Part shown: piece by piece, positions 39,954-48,244 of the stretch
Layout: every line of letters starts with the position of its first letter
Position numbering within the stretch: the first letter of the stretch is position 1
Source of the DNA: an uncultured Gammaproteobacteria bacterium
Lineage (GTDB): Bacteria > Patescibacteriota > Microgenomatia > UBA10105 > UBA927
Direction: 5' to 3'
DNA length: 64,000 nucleotides
NCBI GenBank assembly: GCA_964515005.1
Contig: CAZEVT010000003.1
Location: 12,815-76,814 of the forward strand
Program-made: the position numbers and the translations under genes
Notes under the pieces: generated by a model
Seen by the model: only the letters and a program-made list of their open reading frames with translations
Told to the model about the DNA's origin: nothing
Databases searched by the model: none

Positions 39954-40895
39954 ATGGACACCAAAACCGCAGTTGTGACCGGTGGAGCAGGATTTATAGG
40001 ATCACACCTTGTTGATGCTCTTCTTTTGGCAGGTCACAAGGTTATTTGTGTCGATAATCTACTGACCGGGTCAGAAGCCAATCTCCAGAAAGCGAAAAAA
40101 AATCCCAATTTTTCATTCATAAACCACGATATTATTGAGTCTCCTCCTGACGTTCCAGACGGCGTTGACTTTGTATTTCATCTGGCGTCTCCGGCCTCGC
40201 CCGTGGATTTTAAGAAACTTGCCGAAGAAATAGCACTCGTGAACTCCGTGGGATCCATCAATATGCTGAAGTTTGCCAAAGAGAAAGGCGCACGATACTT
40301 AGAAGCCTCGACGTCAGAGGTGTACGGAGACCCTAAGGAGCACCCGCAGAAGGAAACCTATTGGGGTAATGTCAACCCCAACGGTATCAGGTCCTGCTAT
40401 GATGAGTCAAAACGTTTTGCCGAGGCCATGACCATGCTATACCTCCGAAAATATGGGTTGGATGCCCGAATTGTACGGATTTTCAACACCTACGGACCGA
40501 GAATGAGGAAGGATGACGGTCGGGTGGTATCCAATTTCATCAATCAGGCCATTTCAGGAACTCCGCTGACGATCTATGGCGACGGGACGCAAACGCGTTC
40601 TTTTTGTTTTGTTTCGGATCTTGTTGACGGGCTCATGAAGGCGATGATGAGCGATCACACCAAAGGCGTCGTATTTAACTTGGGCAACCCAGAGGAGTAT
40701 CAGGTAAAAGAACTGGCAGAAAAGATAAAGACACTTACTGCTTCTTCTTCGCCCATTGAACACGGAGAACTTCCGGAAGATGACCCCACGCAGAGGAAGC
40801 CCGATATAACGAAAGCAAAAACGATACTCGGTTGGGAGCCAAAAGTTACGGTCGACCAGGGACTCAAGATGACGATTGAGTATTACAAAAAATGA
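39954..40895 (+). CDS. uxs: UDP-glucuronic acid decarboxylase (UDP-xylose synthase) family SDR
   Basis: GGAGFIGSHL, HLASPASP, ASTSEVYGDP..HPQ.E.YWGNVNP.G.RSCYDE.KR, RIFNTYGPRM..DDGRVVSNF, DDP..R.PDI. Confidence 0.9.
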   Translation: MDTKTAVVTGGAGFIGSHLVDALLLAGHKVICVDNLLTGSEANLQKAKKNPNFSFINHDIIESPPDVPDGVDFVFHLASPASPVDFKKLAEEIALVNSVGSINMLKFAKEKGARYLEASTSEVYGDPKEHPQKETYWGNVNPNGIRSCYDESKRFAEAMTMLYLRKYGLDARIVRIFNTYGPRMRKDDGRVVSNFINQAISGTPLTIYGDGTQTRSFCFVSDLVDGLMKAMMSDHTKGVVFNLGNPEEYQVKELAEKIKTLTASSSPIEHGELPEDDPTQRKPDITKAKTILGWEPKVTVDQGLKMTIEYYKK

Positions 40896-41089
40896 AGCCC
40901 CAGGACATAGGATTTTTCGTGGTATTTGTCGTACTGCTAATTGCGAAACGGCCAAAATTTCTACTAATCGCGGGACTCATTAGCTTTATACTTGCCATTC
41001 CTCTTTTTGCCACGTGGACGTTTTTTACCGCCGAGCGCCTTACTTGGTATGGTGCGGCATTCATCTTTGCTTCACTTCTGCTAAAATAA
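40892..41089 (+). CDS. Small membrane protein (65 aa)
   Basis: Hydrophobic, ATGA-coupled to uxs; contains FFTAERL.WY, similar to the end of 31687-32019 (LTERIGEW). Confidence 0.65.
   Translation: MKPQDIGFFVVFVVLLIAKRPKFLLIAGLISFILAIPLFATWTFFTAERLTWYGAAFIFASLLLK
41079..41087 (+). promoter_or_regulatory. Extended -10 promoter TGCTAAAAT, 6 nt before galE ATG
   Basis: TGn-TAAAAT-aagctc-ATG. Confidence 0.6.
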
Positions 41090-41093
41090 GCTC

Positions 41094-42071
41094 ATGAACG
41101 TTCTGGTGACCGGCGGGGCCGGGTATATCGGCAGCCATATGGTTCGGATGCTTAGCGCCCGCGGATTTAAGCCGATAGTTTTTGACAGCCTTGAATATGG
41201 CCACAAGGCGGCAATTCCAAAGGAGACTCCGCTTGTCGTTGGCAATGTGAAGGATAAAGCGGCTCTTGAGACTGTTTTTTCAAAAAAAAAGATCGACGCG
41301 GTCATCCATTTTGCCGGGTATCTGATGGTCGAGGAGTCAGTGCGGGACCCCATCAAATACATGAAAAACAACGTCATCTACCCGGTGACGCTTCTTAATG
41401 TCATGCGTGACCACAATGTAGACAAGATTATTTTTTCCTCGAGCGCCGCTGTGTACGGCAATCCCGAAAAAGTACCCATACCAGAAGACCACCCCAAAAA
41501 TCCTTCTAGCCCGTATGGACTCTCTAAATGGTGTTTTGAAGAGCTCCTGGGCGCGCTGAAGTTTAGGGCAATTTCTTTAAGATATTTTAATGCTTGTGGC
41601 GCGAGTCTCGATGGCGCTCATGGAGAAGACCACAGCCCGGAAACCCATATTATTCCGGTTGCAATAAGTACGGCCTTGGGCAAACAAAAAGAGTTTGCCC
41701 TGTATGGCACCGATTATCCGACCCGCGACGGGTCGTGCCTACGGGACTATATTCACATCGAGGATCTGTGCGAGGCCCATATTTTGGCGCTTGAGGCGCT
41801 TGTAAAGGGTCATGGGACGGATGTGTATAATGTGGCAACCGGGGACGGAACCACCAATAAAGAGGTTGTTGCGGCAGTTAAGAAGGCCACTGGTGTTGAT
41901 TTTCCGGTAAAAGAAGCCGCTCGTCGTCCAGGCGACCCTCATAGTTTAGTCGCAGACCCCACGAAATTCAAAAAAGAATTCGGCTGGCAGCCGAAATACT
42001 CGGATATCAATGCAATAGTCGAAACCGCCTGGCAGTGGCATAGTAAACATCCAAAAGGGTATGCCGGGTAG
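41094..42071 (+). CDS. galE: UDP-glucose 4-epimerase
   Basis: GGAGYIGSH, HFAG...V.ESV..P.KY..NN, FSSSAAVYG, PYG.SK, LRYFNACGA, PETHIIP, G.DYPT.DGSC.RDYIH, RRPGDP. Confidence 0.93.
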   Translation: MNVLVTGGAGYIGSHMVRMLSARGFKPIVFDSLEYGHKAAIPKETPLVVGNVKDKAALETVFSKKKIDAVIHFAGYLMVEESVRDPIKYMKNNVIYPVTLLNVMRDHNVDKIIFSSSAAVYGNPEKVPIPEDHPKNPSSPYGLSKWCFEELLGALKFRAISLRYFNACGASLDGAHGEDHSPETHIIPVAISTALGKQKEFALYGTDYPTRDGSCLRDYIHIEDLCEAHILALEALVKGHGTDVYNVATGDGTTNKEVVAAVKKATGVDFPVKEAARRPGDPHSLVADPTKFKKEFGWQPKYSDINAIVETAWQWHSKHPKGYAG

Positions 42072-42073
42072 TA

Positions 42074-42200
42074 GAATTTCGACACGCTTAATACTTTGCC
42101 CGTATAAGCGAAAGACTACTTGGATCATTTACAGGCAACTTTTATAATGAAAGGACCGTGAGGTTTCGTTAAGCGTAAAAGGCAAAGGTCGAAATTTCAC
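42074..42200 (+). ncRNA. Candidate structured (pseudoknotted) non-coding/cis-regulatory RNA, family unrecognised
   Basis: Perfect helices 42075-83/42188-96 (9 bp), 42084-91/42169-76 (8 bp), crossing 42094-100/42181-87 (7 bp), 42109-13/42164-68 and 42125-29/42146-50, filling a 137-nt intergenic gap. Confidence 0.6.
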
Positions 42201-42208
42201 AACCCGGT

Positions 42209-42742
42209 ATGAAGATAGGGATTGATATTAGTCAGATAGTACACGAGGGAACTGGCGTGGCAACCTATGTGCGGCGCATGGTGGAAACGCTACTGAAAAC
42301 TGATAAAAAGAATGAGTACGTTTTGTTTGGTGCATCTCTGCGGTTGCGAGGTGAATTTCAGTCATTTTACAATACATTGCCCCACGAACGGGTTCGGCTA
42401 GTTACGGTTCCCATTCCGCCGACACTGCTTGACATTCTATGGAACCGACTCCATGTTATGCCGGTTGAGAAATTTATCGGTCCCGTGGATGTATTTTGGA
42501 GCAGCGACTGGACCCAACCGCCAATGAGTGCAAAGGGGGTAACGACGATTCACGATCTTACAACCATGAAGTTTCCGAGTGAAATGGACGGACGTATCGT
42601 GCAAACACACGCACGAAGGCTTGCGTGGGTGAAAAAAGAATGTCAGGCAATTTTTTGCGACAGTGAATCTACAAAAAAAGACGTGATGAAACTTCTGGGT
42701 TTTCCGGGAGACAAATTACATGTCATATATCCAGGCATATGA
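42209..42742 (+). CDS. Stand-alone N-terminal domain of a GT4 (MtfB-like) glycosyltransferase
   Basis: IGID, TGVATY, TIHDL, SESTKKD; ends at VIYPGI*, with no C-terminal EGFG domain; the stop overlaps the next ATG. Confidence 0.75.
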   Translation: MKIGIDISQIVHEGTGVATYVRRMVETLLKTDKKNEYVLFGASLRLRGEFQSFYNTLPHERVRLVTVPIPPTLLDILWNRLHVMPVEKFIGPVDVFWSSDWTQPPMSAKGVTTIHDLTTMKFPSEMDGRIVQTHARRLAWVKKECQAIFCDSESTKKDVMKLLGFPGDKLHVIYPGI

Positions 42743-43845
42743 ATATTGGAATAGATGGCTATGAAGCAAATATTGAAAATCGAGTCGGAATTGGACGTTA
42801 TGCCTTTGAAATTCTTACGCATCTTTATCCGATAGCCGGGCACCATACGGTAACGGTATTTTTACCATCAAAACCTCTCCCACATATGCCGAAAGAAACA
42901 TCACGCTGGCGCTACCGGGTTGCCGGACCGGCAAACTTATGGACATTTATCGGGTTGCCCTGGGCCATGAAAGCGGTGCATCTGGATGTTATGTATTCGC
43001 CGACGCATTATATTCCTAGGTTTACGTCCGCGCCTCGGGTTATGGCGATTATGGATATTTCCTATCTCAAATATCCCGAGCTTTTTGAGGTCAAAGACCT
43101 CTATCAGCTGCAGCACTGGACGGCATATTCGGTGGCCCACGCCCGGTCGATTTTTACGATCAGCCAGGCCTCCAAAAATGATATAATAGATGCATACAAC
43201 GTACCGGCCTCCAAGGTCGTCGTGACGTATCCCGGTTTTACTATGACTACTGCGTCAAATGTCCCAAGTAAATATAAGATATCAAAAAACTATATTCTGT
43301 CGGTCGGAACAATCCAGCCTCGAAAAAACTTCACGAAGCTCATTGAAGCGTTTGCACTGTTCGTTAAGGAAAACAAGCAAAAGTTTGCAGATTTGGAGCT
43401 TGTGATCATCGGGAAAAAGGGATGGCTTTACGGAGAGATTCTTGAAGCTCCGAAAAAATACGGAGTCGCGGAGCGTGTAAAATTCTTGGATTTTGTGCCG
43501 GAATCTGACTTGCCGAGTTTTTACGCGCATGCCTTATGCTTTGCGCTTCCGAGCTTATACGAGGGATTCGGATTGACCGTTTTGGAGGCGATGGCATACA
43601 GGTGCCCGGTCGTCGTTTCCCGCGTATCCAGTTTACCGGAAATTGCGGGAAAGGCAGGGGTCTATGTAGACCCCGAGAGCGCCCAAAGCATTGCCGAGGG
43701 GCTTTTGACTGCCGTGCGGCAAAGAAATCTAGTGCAGGGAACAAGCAGGGTTCGCGTGGGGCGCGAGCAAGTCAGTAAGTTTACATGGGAAAAGGCAGCT
43801 AGGCAAACACTGGCGGTTCTTGAAGATGTAGGAGGGAAATCATGA
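42739..43845 (+). CDS. GT4 glycosyltransferase (MtfB-like)
   Basis: [30 protein letters not shown]. Confidence 0.9.
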   Translation: MNIGIDGYEANIENRVGIGRYAFEILTHLYPIAGHHTVTVFLPSKPLPHMPKETSRWRYRVAGPANLWTFIGLPWAMKAVHLDVMYSPTHYIPRFTSAPRVMAIMDISYLKYPELFEVKDLYQLQHWTAYSVAHARSIFTISQASKNDIIDAYNVPASKVVVTYPGFTMTTASNVPSKYKISKNYILSVGTIQPRKNFTKLIEAFALFVKENKQKFADLELVIIGKKGWLYGEILEAPKKYGVAERVKFLDFVPESDLPSFYAHALCFALPSLYEGFGLTVLEAMAYRCPVVVSRVSSLPEIAGKAGVYVDPESAQSIAEGLLTAVRQRNLVQGTSRVRVGREQVSKFTWEKAARQTLAVLEDVGGKS

Positions 43846-44405
43846 GACTATTTATCGATTTTTGGGTATTTCTTTGTACACTCACGGGGTATATCCCTAG
43901 CCACATCATTCGACTGTTTTTGTATCGGACACTGTTTGGTGTACGAATAGGCAAAGATTCTTCCATACACTGGCGGGCCGAGTTTAATCAACCTATGGGT
44001 GTTAGTATCGGACATAATACCGTCATTGGAAACGATGCATTTTTGGACGGGCGGATGAAGCAGTTTTTGTCATATCGCAAAACCCATGGGTCGCCGCTGA
44101 CAATCGGCAACAACGTTTCGATTGCGGGAGAGGTGCGCATCTACACCATGGAACATGATATCGACTCTCCTGACTTTACCGAAGTGGGCACACCGGTCGT
44201 TATCGACGACTACGCGGTTATAGGAACGCGCGTCACGATCCTTCCCGGGGTACACATCGGAAAGGGTGCAGTTGTGGCATCGGGCGCCGTAGTGACGAAG
44301 GATGTCGGTGAGTATGAAGTCGTAGGAGGGGTGCCTGCCAAACTCATCAAAGAAAGGTCCAAAGATCTCCGCTACACACTGAAATTTGCGAGGCTCTTTC
44401 AGTAA
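43842..44405 (+). CDS. Hexapeptide-repeat (LbH) O-acyltransferase
   Basis: [37 protein letters not shown]....VVGGVPAK.I. Confidence 0.9.
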   Translation: MRLFIDFWVFLCTLTGYIPSHIIRLFLYRTLFGVRIGKDSSIHWRAEFNQPMGVSIGHNTVIGNDAFLDGRMKQFLSYRKTHGSPLTIGNNVSIAGEVRIYTMEHDIDSPDFTEVGTPVVIDDYAVIGTRVTILPGVHIGKGAVVASGAVVTKDVGEYEVVGGVPAKLIKERSKDLRYTLKFARLFQ

Positions 44406-44407
44406 GT

Positions 44408-45277
44408 ATGGATCTATCCATCATCATCCCCAGTTTTAACACAAAACACCTCACCACGCGCTGCCTGCGGTCTATTGTCGAGACCCTCAAGCGGTCTACG
44501 CTCACATACGAGATTATTGTCATAGATAACGCGTCAACAGACGGTACCGTTTCGGTTTTGAACAATGATTTTCCTCAAGTAATAAAAATACTCAATAAGA
44601 CTAATGTAGGCTATGGTACAGCCAACAACCAAGGATTAGCCGCGGCAAAGGGCACGTATGCCCTGATGCTCAATTCCGACATTGATGCGTTAAACGGCTC
44701 ATTAGAAAACCTTATGGACTTTGCCAAAACCCATCCTAAATCGTTTGTCGGCGGCAAGCTATACAACGAAGACGGATCGCTGCAGCCTTCATGCGGTCCG
44801 ATGTTTACTCCGTGGTACGTCTTTCTTATGCTTTTTTTCCAGGCTGATGAGCTTCGCGTGACCCGGTATTCGCCCGACGAAGTGAAGAGGGTTGAATGGG
44901 TATCTGGTGCGTGCCTGTTGGGCACCAAAAAGGCGTTTTATGACGTCGGGCTATTTGATCAGAGTATTTTTATGTATATGGACGAGATTGAGCTTTTGTA
45001 CCGTGCTGGCAAAAAGGGTTACAAGGTCTGGTTTATCCCGGACGCCCGCTTTATCCATACGGGTGCGGCTTCAAGCGGCAACAAGCGCTCGCCGGTCAAA
45101 AACATTTTTCGGGGGCTCATGTTTTTCTACCGCAAGCACTATTCGCCGTTTGCCGTCATGATGTTGAAGGGCATGCTGACTCTCAAGGCGTATATCGCCA
45201 TTACAATCGGGAAATTGTTGAAAAAACAGGATTTGGTTCAAATTTATGAAGAAGGCCTTCAACTGGTTAACGAGTAA
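44408..45277 (+). CDS. GT2 glycosyltransferase (WbbL-like)
   Basis: DNASTDGT, NVGYG.ANN, LNSD, WVSGACL, FMYMDE. Confidence 0.88.
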   Translation: MDLSIIIPSFNTKHLTTRCLRSIVETLKRSTLTYEIIVIDNASTDGTVSVLNNDFPQVIKILNKTNVGYGTANNQGLAAAKGTYALMLNSDIDALNGSLENLMDFAKTHPKSFVGGKLYNEDGSLQPSCGPMFTPWYVFLMLFFQADELRVTRYSPDEVKRVEWVSGACLLGTKKAFYDVGLFDQSIFMYMDEIELLYRAGKKGYKVWFIPDARFIHTGAASSGNKRSPVKNIFRGLMFFYRKHYSPFAVMMLKGMLTLKAYIAITIGKLLKKQDLVQIYEEGLQLVNE

Positions 45278-48242
45278 TATAGGACTGCTTGCCATCCTAT
45301 TTTTCACGGCGTTTATTCCGCTGTATCCCAAGCTGCCGCTGATCAATGTGATCCGGACCTGGGTGTATGTGCGGCTTGAGGATTTTCTGGTCGCCGCGGC
45401 AATCGGCATCTATATCCTCATTCGCTTCCGGCGCAGGAGTATCCCCAAAACGCCGCTCACGTGGCCCATTCTTTTCTACTGGAGCATAGGAACGGTTTCT
45501 GCGGTATTTTCACTCCTTTTTATAGGGCCGCACCTGGAGGGGTACTTTCCGCATCTGGTTGCGCTGCACTTTATCCGGCGCGTTGAGTACATGATGCTCT
45601 TTTTCATGGCCTACGACGTCATTGTTCATGAAAAATCCCGTGTTAATGCTTTAGTGTGGACGCTTGCCGCAACGATGCTGGGCATCATCATTTACGGGGC
45701 CGCGCAGAAGTTTTTGGGATGGCCGGCGTATCTGACCATGAATGAGGAATTTGCCAAAGGGATTCCTCTGCGGCTTCCGCCGACAGCCCGCATTCCTTCG
45801 ACTTTCGGGGGGCATTATGATCTTGCGGCCTACATTGTACTTACTATCCCTATTTTGGCGACGCTTGTATTTGCAGTACAAAAGTTTTGGCAGAAAATTG
45901 TTTTTTTCGCGCTGTCGGTGGGGGCGCTTGTACTTCTTCTTTTTACTGCGTCCCGTACCTCGTTTCTTGTCTATTTGATTGCCGTATCCGCCACGCTTTG
46001 GTGGTACAAAAAGAAATGGTTTATTGTCCCGGTCATCCTTTTTAGTTTTTGGCTTCTCAATTACGTCGGAGTGGCGACTGACCGGTTCTACAAGACGTTT
46101 CGTTTTTCTGACATCATCGTAGATCTATCCACAGGAAGACCAGTGGGGACGCTCGATAAGCTTGAGGGGACAAGCGCAGTTATCAAGGAATCCGAATCTC
46201 CGGCAGAAGAAAGTTTACCCACGGGTAGTCAGTACATCGGGCTTCCCTCCGGCCAGTTGGCGCAGGAACAGGCCAAAACGATAGAAATATACAAAAGCCT
46301 AGATTTGGCCACTGCGTCGGGAGAAATCGCCACTATCTCTGGCAGTTTCCTCATCCAGAAAGCGCTCGTCTATGACATATCCATAACGACCAGATTTCAG
46401 GGGCAGTGGCCCAAAGCTCTCGCGGCTTTCAAAAGAAACATTTTTTTGGGAAGCGGGTATTCGACGCTTTCACTTGCCGCAGACGGAGACTACATGCGGA
46501 TGCTTGGAGAAACCGGTCTTTTGGGAACCATAGCATTTTTGGGAATTATTGTCGCGGCGTTTGTCTTTTTCTTCCGAAGGAAAGAGACACTTAGCGGTAT
46601 TCCCAAAGCGTATGTTGTTGGGGTATTCGGCGGACTCACCGGGCTACTACTCAACGGCATCCTCATAGACGTCTTTGAGGCGTCCAAAGTCGCATTTTCA
46701 CTATGGCTTCTTTTAGGAGTCGCGATGGCTCTTTTGGCGGTAAAAGAACTGTCACCGAGGAGTTATTTCAAGCTCATGTGGAAAGCGCTGACTTCAAACG
46801 CCGCTTTGCTTTTTTACCTTTTTACGGCAGGCGCGGTACTATTCGGAAGCGCCGTGTCGCATTATTTTTTGGGTGATGACTTCACGTGGCTCAAATGGGC
46901 GACGCAAACCTCATTTGCCGATATATCCCAACTGTTTACCGATTCTGAAGGATTTTTCTACCGTCCTATCCCCAAGCTTTGGTACATGATTCTCTATGCG
47001 TTGTTTTGGCTCAAACCCGAAGGGTACCATGTCATGTCGATCATTCTTTTAGGTGCAAGTTCGTACCTTTTGTTTCTCATCATGCGCCTCACCGGCGTTA
47101 AGCGCACGTTCGCGTTTCTTGCCAGCTTACTCTTTGCCGTGCTTTCGATTCATCATGAAAATGTGTTTTGGATATCCGGGCACAGCAGTTTGCTCTCCGG
47201 AGTATTTTTGTTTGGGAGCATATACGCATACCTTAGGCAGGCGGGTGGCCGCGGAATTTGGAGGGCGGGGCTATGGGTGTTTTCGATGATCCTGGTGATG
47301 CTCTCCATGCTTTCCTATGACGGCATGCTGGTGGCGCCCATAATTCTATCTCTTGTCGGGTGGTTTGTGGTGAAGAAAAAACACGTTACCACATTCATTC
47401 CACTTCTTGCGATTCCTCTGTACTGGTGGGTGCGTACCGCAAGTGGAGCGGTACCGCCTTCCGGGGATTATGGATATAGGCTCAGCGCATTACCCTTTAA
47501 TATTCTGGGCAACAGTGTCGGATATATTGTTTCCGCGTTTTTGGGTCCCCGTATCATGGAAGTTATGAGTGGAGTTCGCACCTATCTGCGGGAAAATCAA
47601 ATGATTGCAGCGGGAGGGGGGGCACTCACTATCGCGGCATTTTCGTTTGTCGCATGGAAGGTAAGGCGCGAAATCGGCACGTATAAAAACGCACTTATAT
47701 GGTTGATTGCGGGGTTTGTTGCCTTGGCTGCCTACGTCGGATTGGGCGGGATGAGCGAACGCTACACATTTGCCGCAAGCGGCTTTTTCGTGATATCTGC
47801 AGGAGCATATGTGTCCACATTGTGGGAGAAAGGCACACGAACGATTTGGAAAATAATTGTGGCCTTTTCGTTTGTCGCACTTATTGTTTGGAACATCGCA
47901 GAAGTGACACGTGTAAGCCGCGATTGGAAAAAAGCTGGTGAGACTTCGCAGCGCTCACTCGTGACGTTGAGCAAAATGTTTTTCCCTCTTAAAGAACAAA
48001 AAAGCTTTGTATTTATCAATATGCCGATTCGCTATGGCCGCGCCTGGATATTTCCGACGGGACTTGCGGATCCGTTGTGGCACGTTTTTCGTTTAAGTGA
48101 TTGGCGCTATACCGTAACGAATGTTTCTACCCCGCAGGAAGCCTATGCGTTGCCCATCACCCAGGGGTATACACCGGAAGTCTTTATTTTCGACAATTTT
48201 ACCCTAAAGCGACTCGTGAAAGAGATTCAGGTAGTTCAATAG
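45246..48242 (+). CDS. O-antigen ligase/Wzy-like domain fused to a GT-C glycosyltransferase domain
   Basis: N-half: STFGGHYDLA, TASRTS, R...WP.A...F.RN...GSG, DYMRMLGETGLLG. C-half: YFLGDDFTW, FYRPI, YH, HHENVFWISG, ERY. Confidence 0.75.
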   Translation: MKKAFNWLTSNIGLLAILFFTAFIPLYPKLPLINVIRTWVYVRLEDFLVAAAIGIYILIRFRRRSIPKTPLTWPILFYWSIGTVSAVFSLLFIGPHLEGYFPHLVALHFIRRVEYMMLFFMAYDVIVHEKSRVNALVWTLAATMLGIIIYGAAQKFLGWPAYLTMNEEFAKGIPLRLPPTARIPSTFGGHYDLAAYIVLTIPILATLVFAVQKFWQKIVFFALSVGALVLLLFTASRTSFLVYLIAVSATLWWYKKKWFIVPVILFSFWLLNYVGVATDRFYKTFRFSDIIVDLSTGRPVGTLDKLEGTSAVIKESESPAEESLPTGSQYIGLPSGQLAQEQAKTIEIYKSLDLATASGEIATISGSFLIQKALVYDISITTRFQGQWPKALAAFKRNIFLGSGYSTLSLAADGDYMRMLGETGLLGTIAFLGIIVAAFVFFFRRKETLSGIPKAYVVGVFGGLTGLLLNGILIDVFEASKVAFSLWLLLGVAMALLAVKELSPRSYFKLMWKALTSNAALLFYLFTAGAVLFGSAVSHYFLGDDFTWLKWATQTSFADISQLFTDSEGFFYRPIPKLWYMILYALFWLKPEGYHVMSIILLGASSYLLFLIMRLTGVKRTFAFLASLLFAVLSIHHENVFWISGHSSLLSGVFLFGSIYAYLRQAGGRGIWRAGLWVFSMILVMLSMLSYDGMLVAPIILSLVGWFVVKKKHVTTFIPLLAIPLYWWVRTASGAVPPSGDYGYRLSALPFNILGNSVGYIVSAFLGPRIMEVMSGVRTYLRENQMIAAGGGALTIAAFSFVAWKVRREIGTYKNALIWLIAGFVALAAYVGLGGMSERYTFAASGFFVISAGAYVSTLWEKGTRTIWKIIVAFSFVALIVWNIAEVTRVSRDWKKAGETSQRSLVTLSKMFFPLKEQKSFVFINMPIRYGRAWIFPTGLADPLWHVFRLSDWRYTVTNVSTPQEAYALPITQGYTPEVFIFDNFTLKRLVKEIQVVQ

Positions 48243-48244
48243 CT

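Noticed and set aside
41282-41290. Homopolymer runs (A9 in galE; 8-mers near 7883, 27846, 51050) as phase-variation sites
   Set aside because: Short A/T runs are expected from Lys/Phe codons, and all frames are intact.
42072-42208. Rho-independent terminator, tRNA, SRP RNA or retron ncRNA as the identity of the intergenic structure
   Set aside because: No U-tract, cloverleaf or SRP loop motif, and no reverse transcriptase in the window.
48101-48244. Extended N-termini in the ORF track (also 16616, 22889, 28723, 31998, 32599, 50822, 60700, 61582, 62304)
   Set aside because: They overlap upstream genes or promoter boxes; downstream ATGs match the family N-termini.
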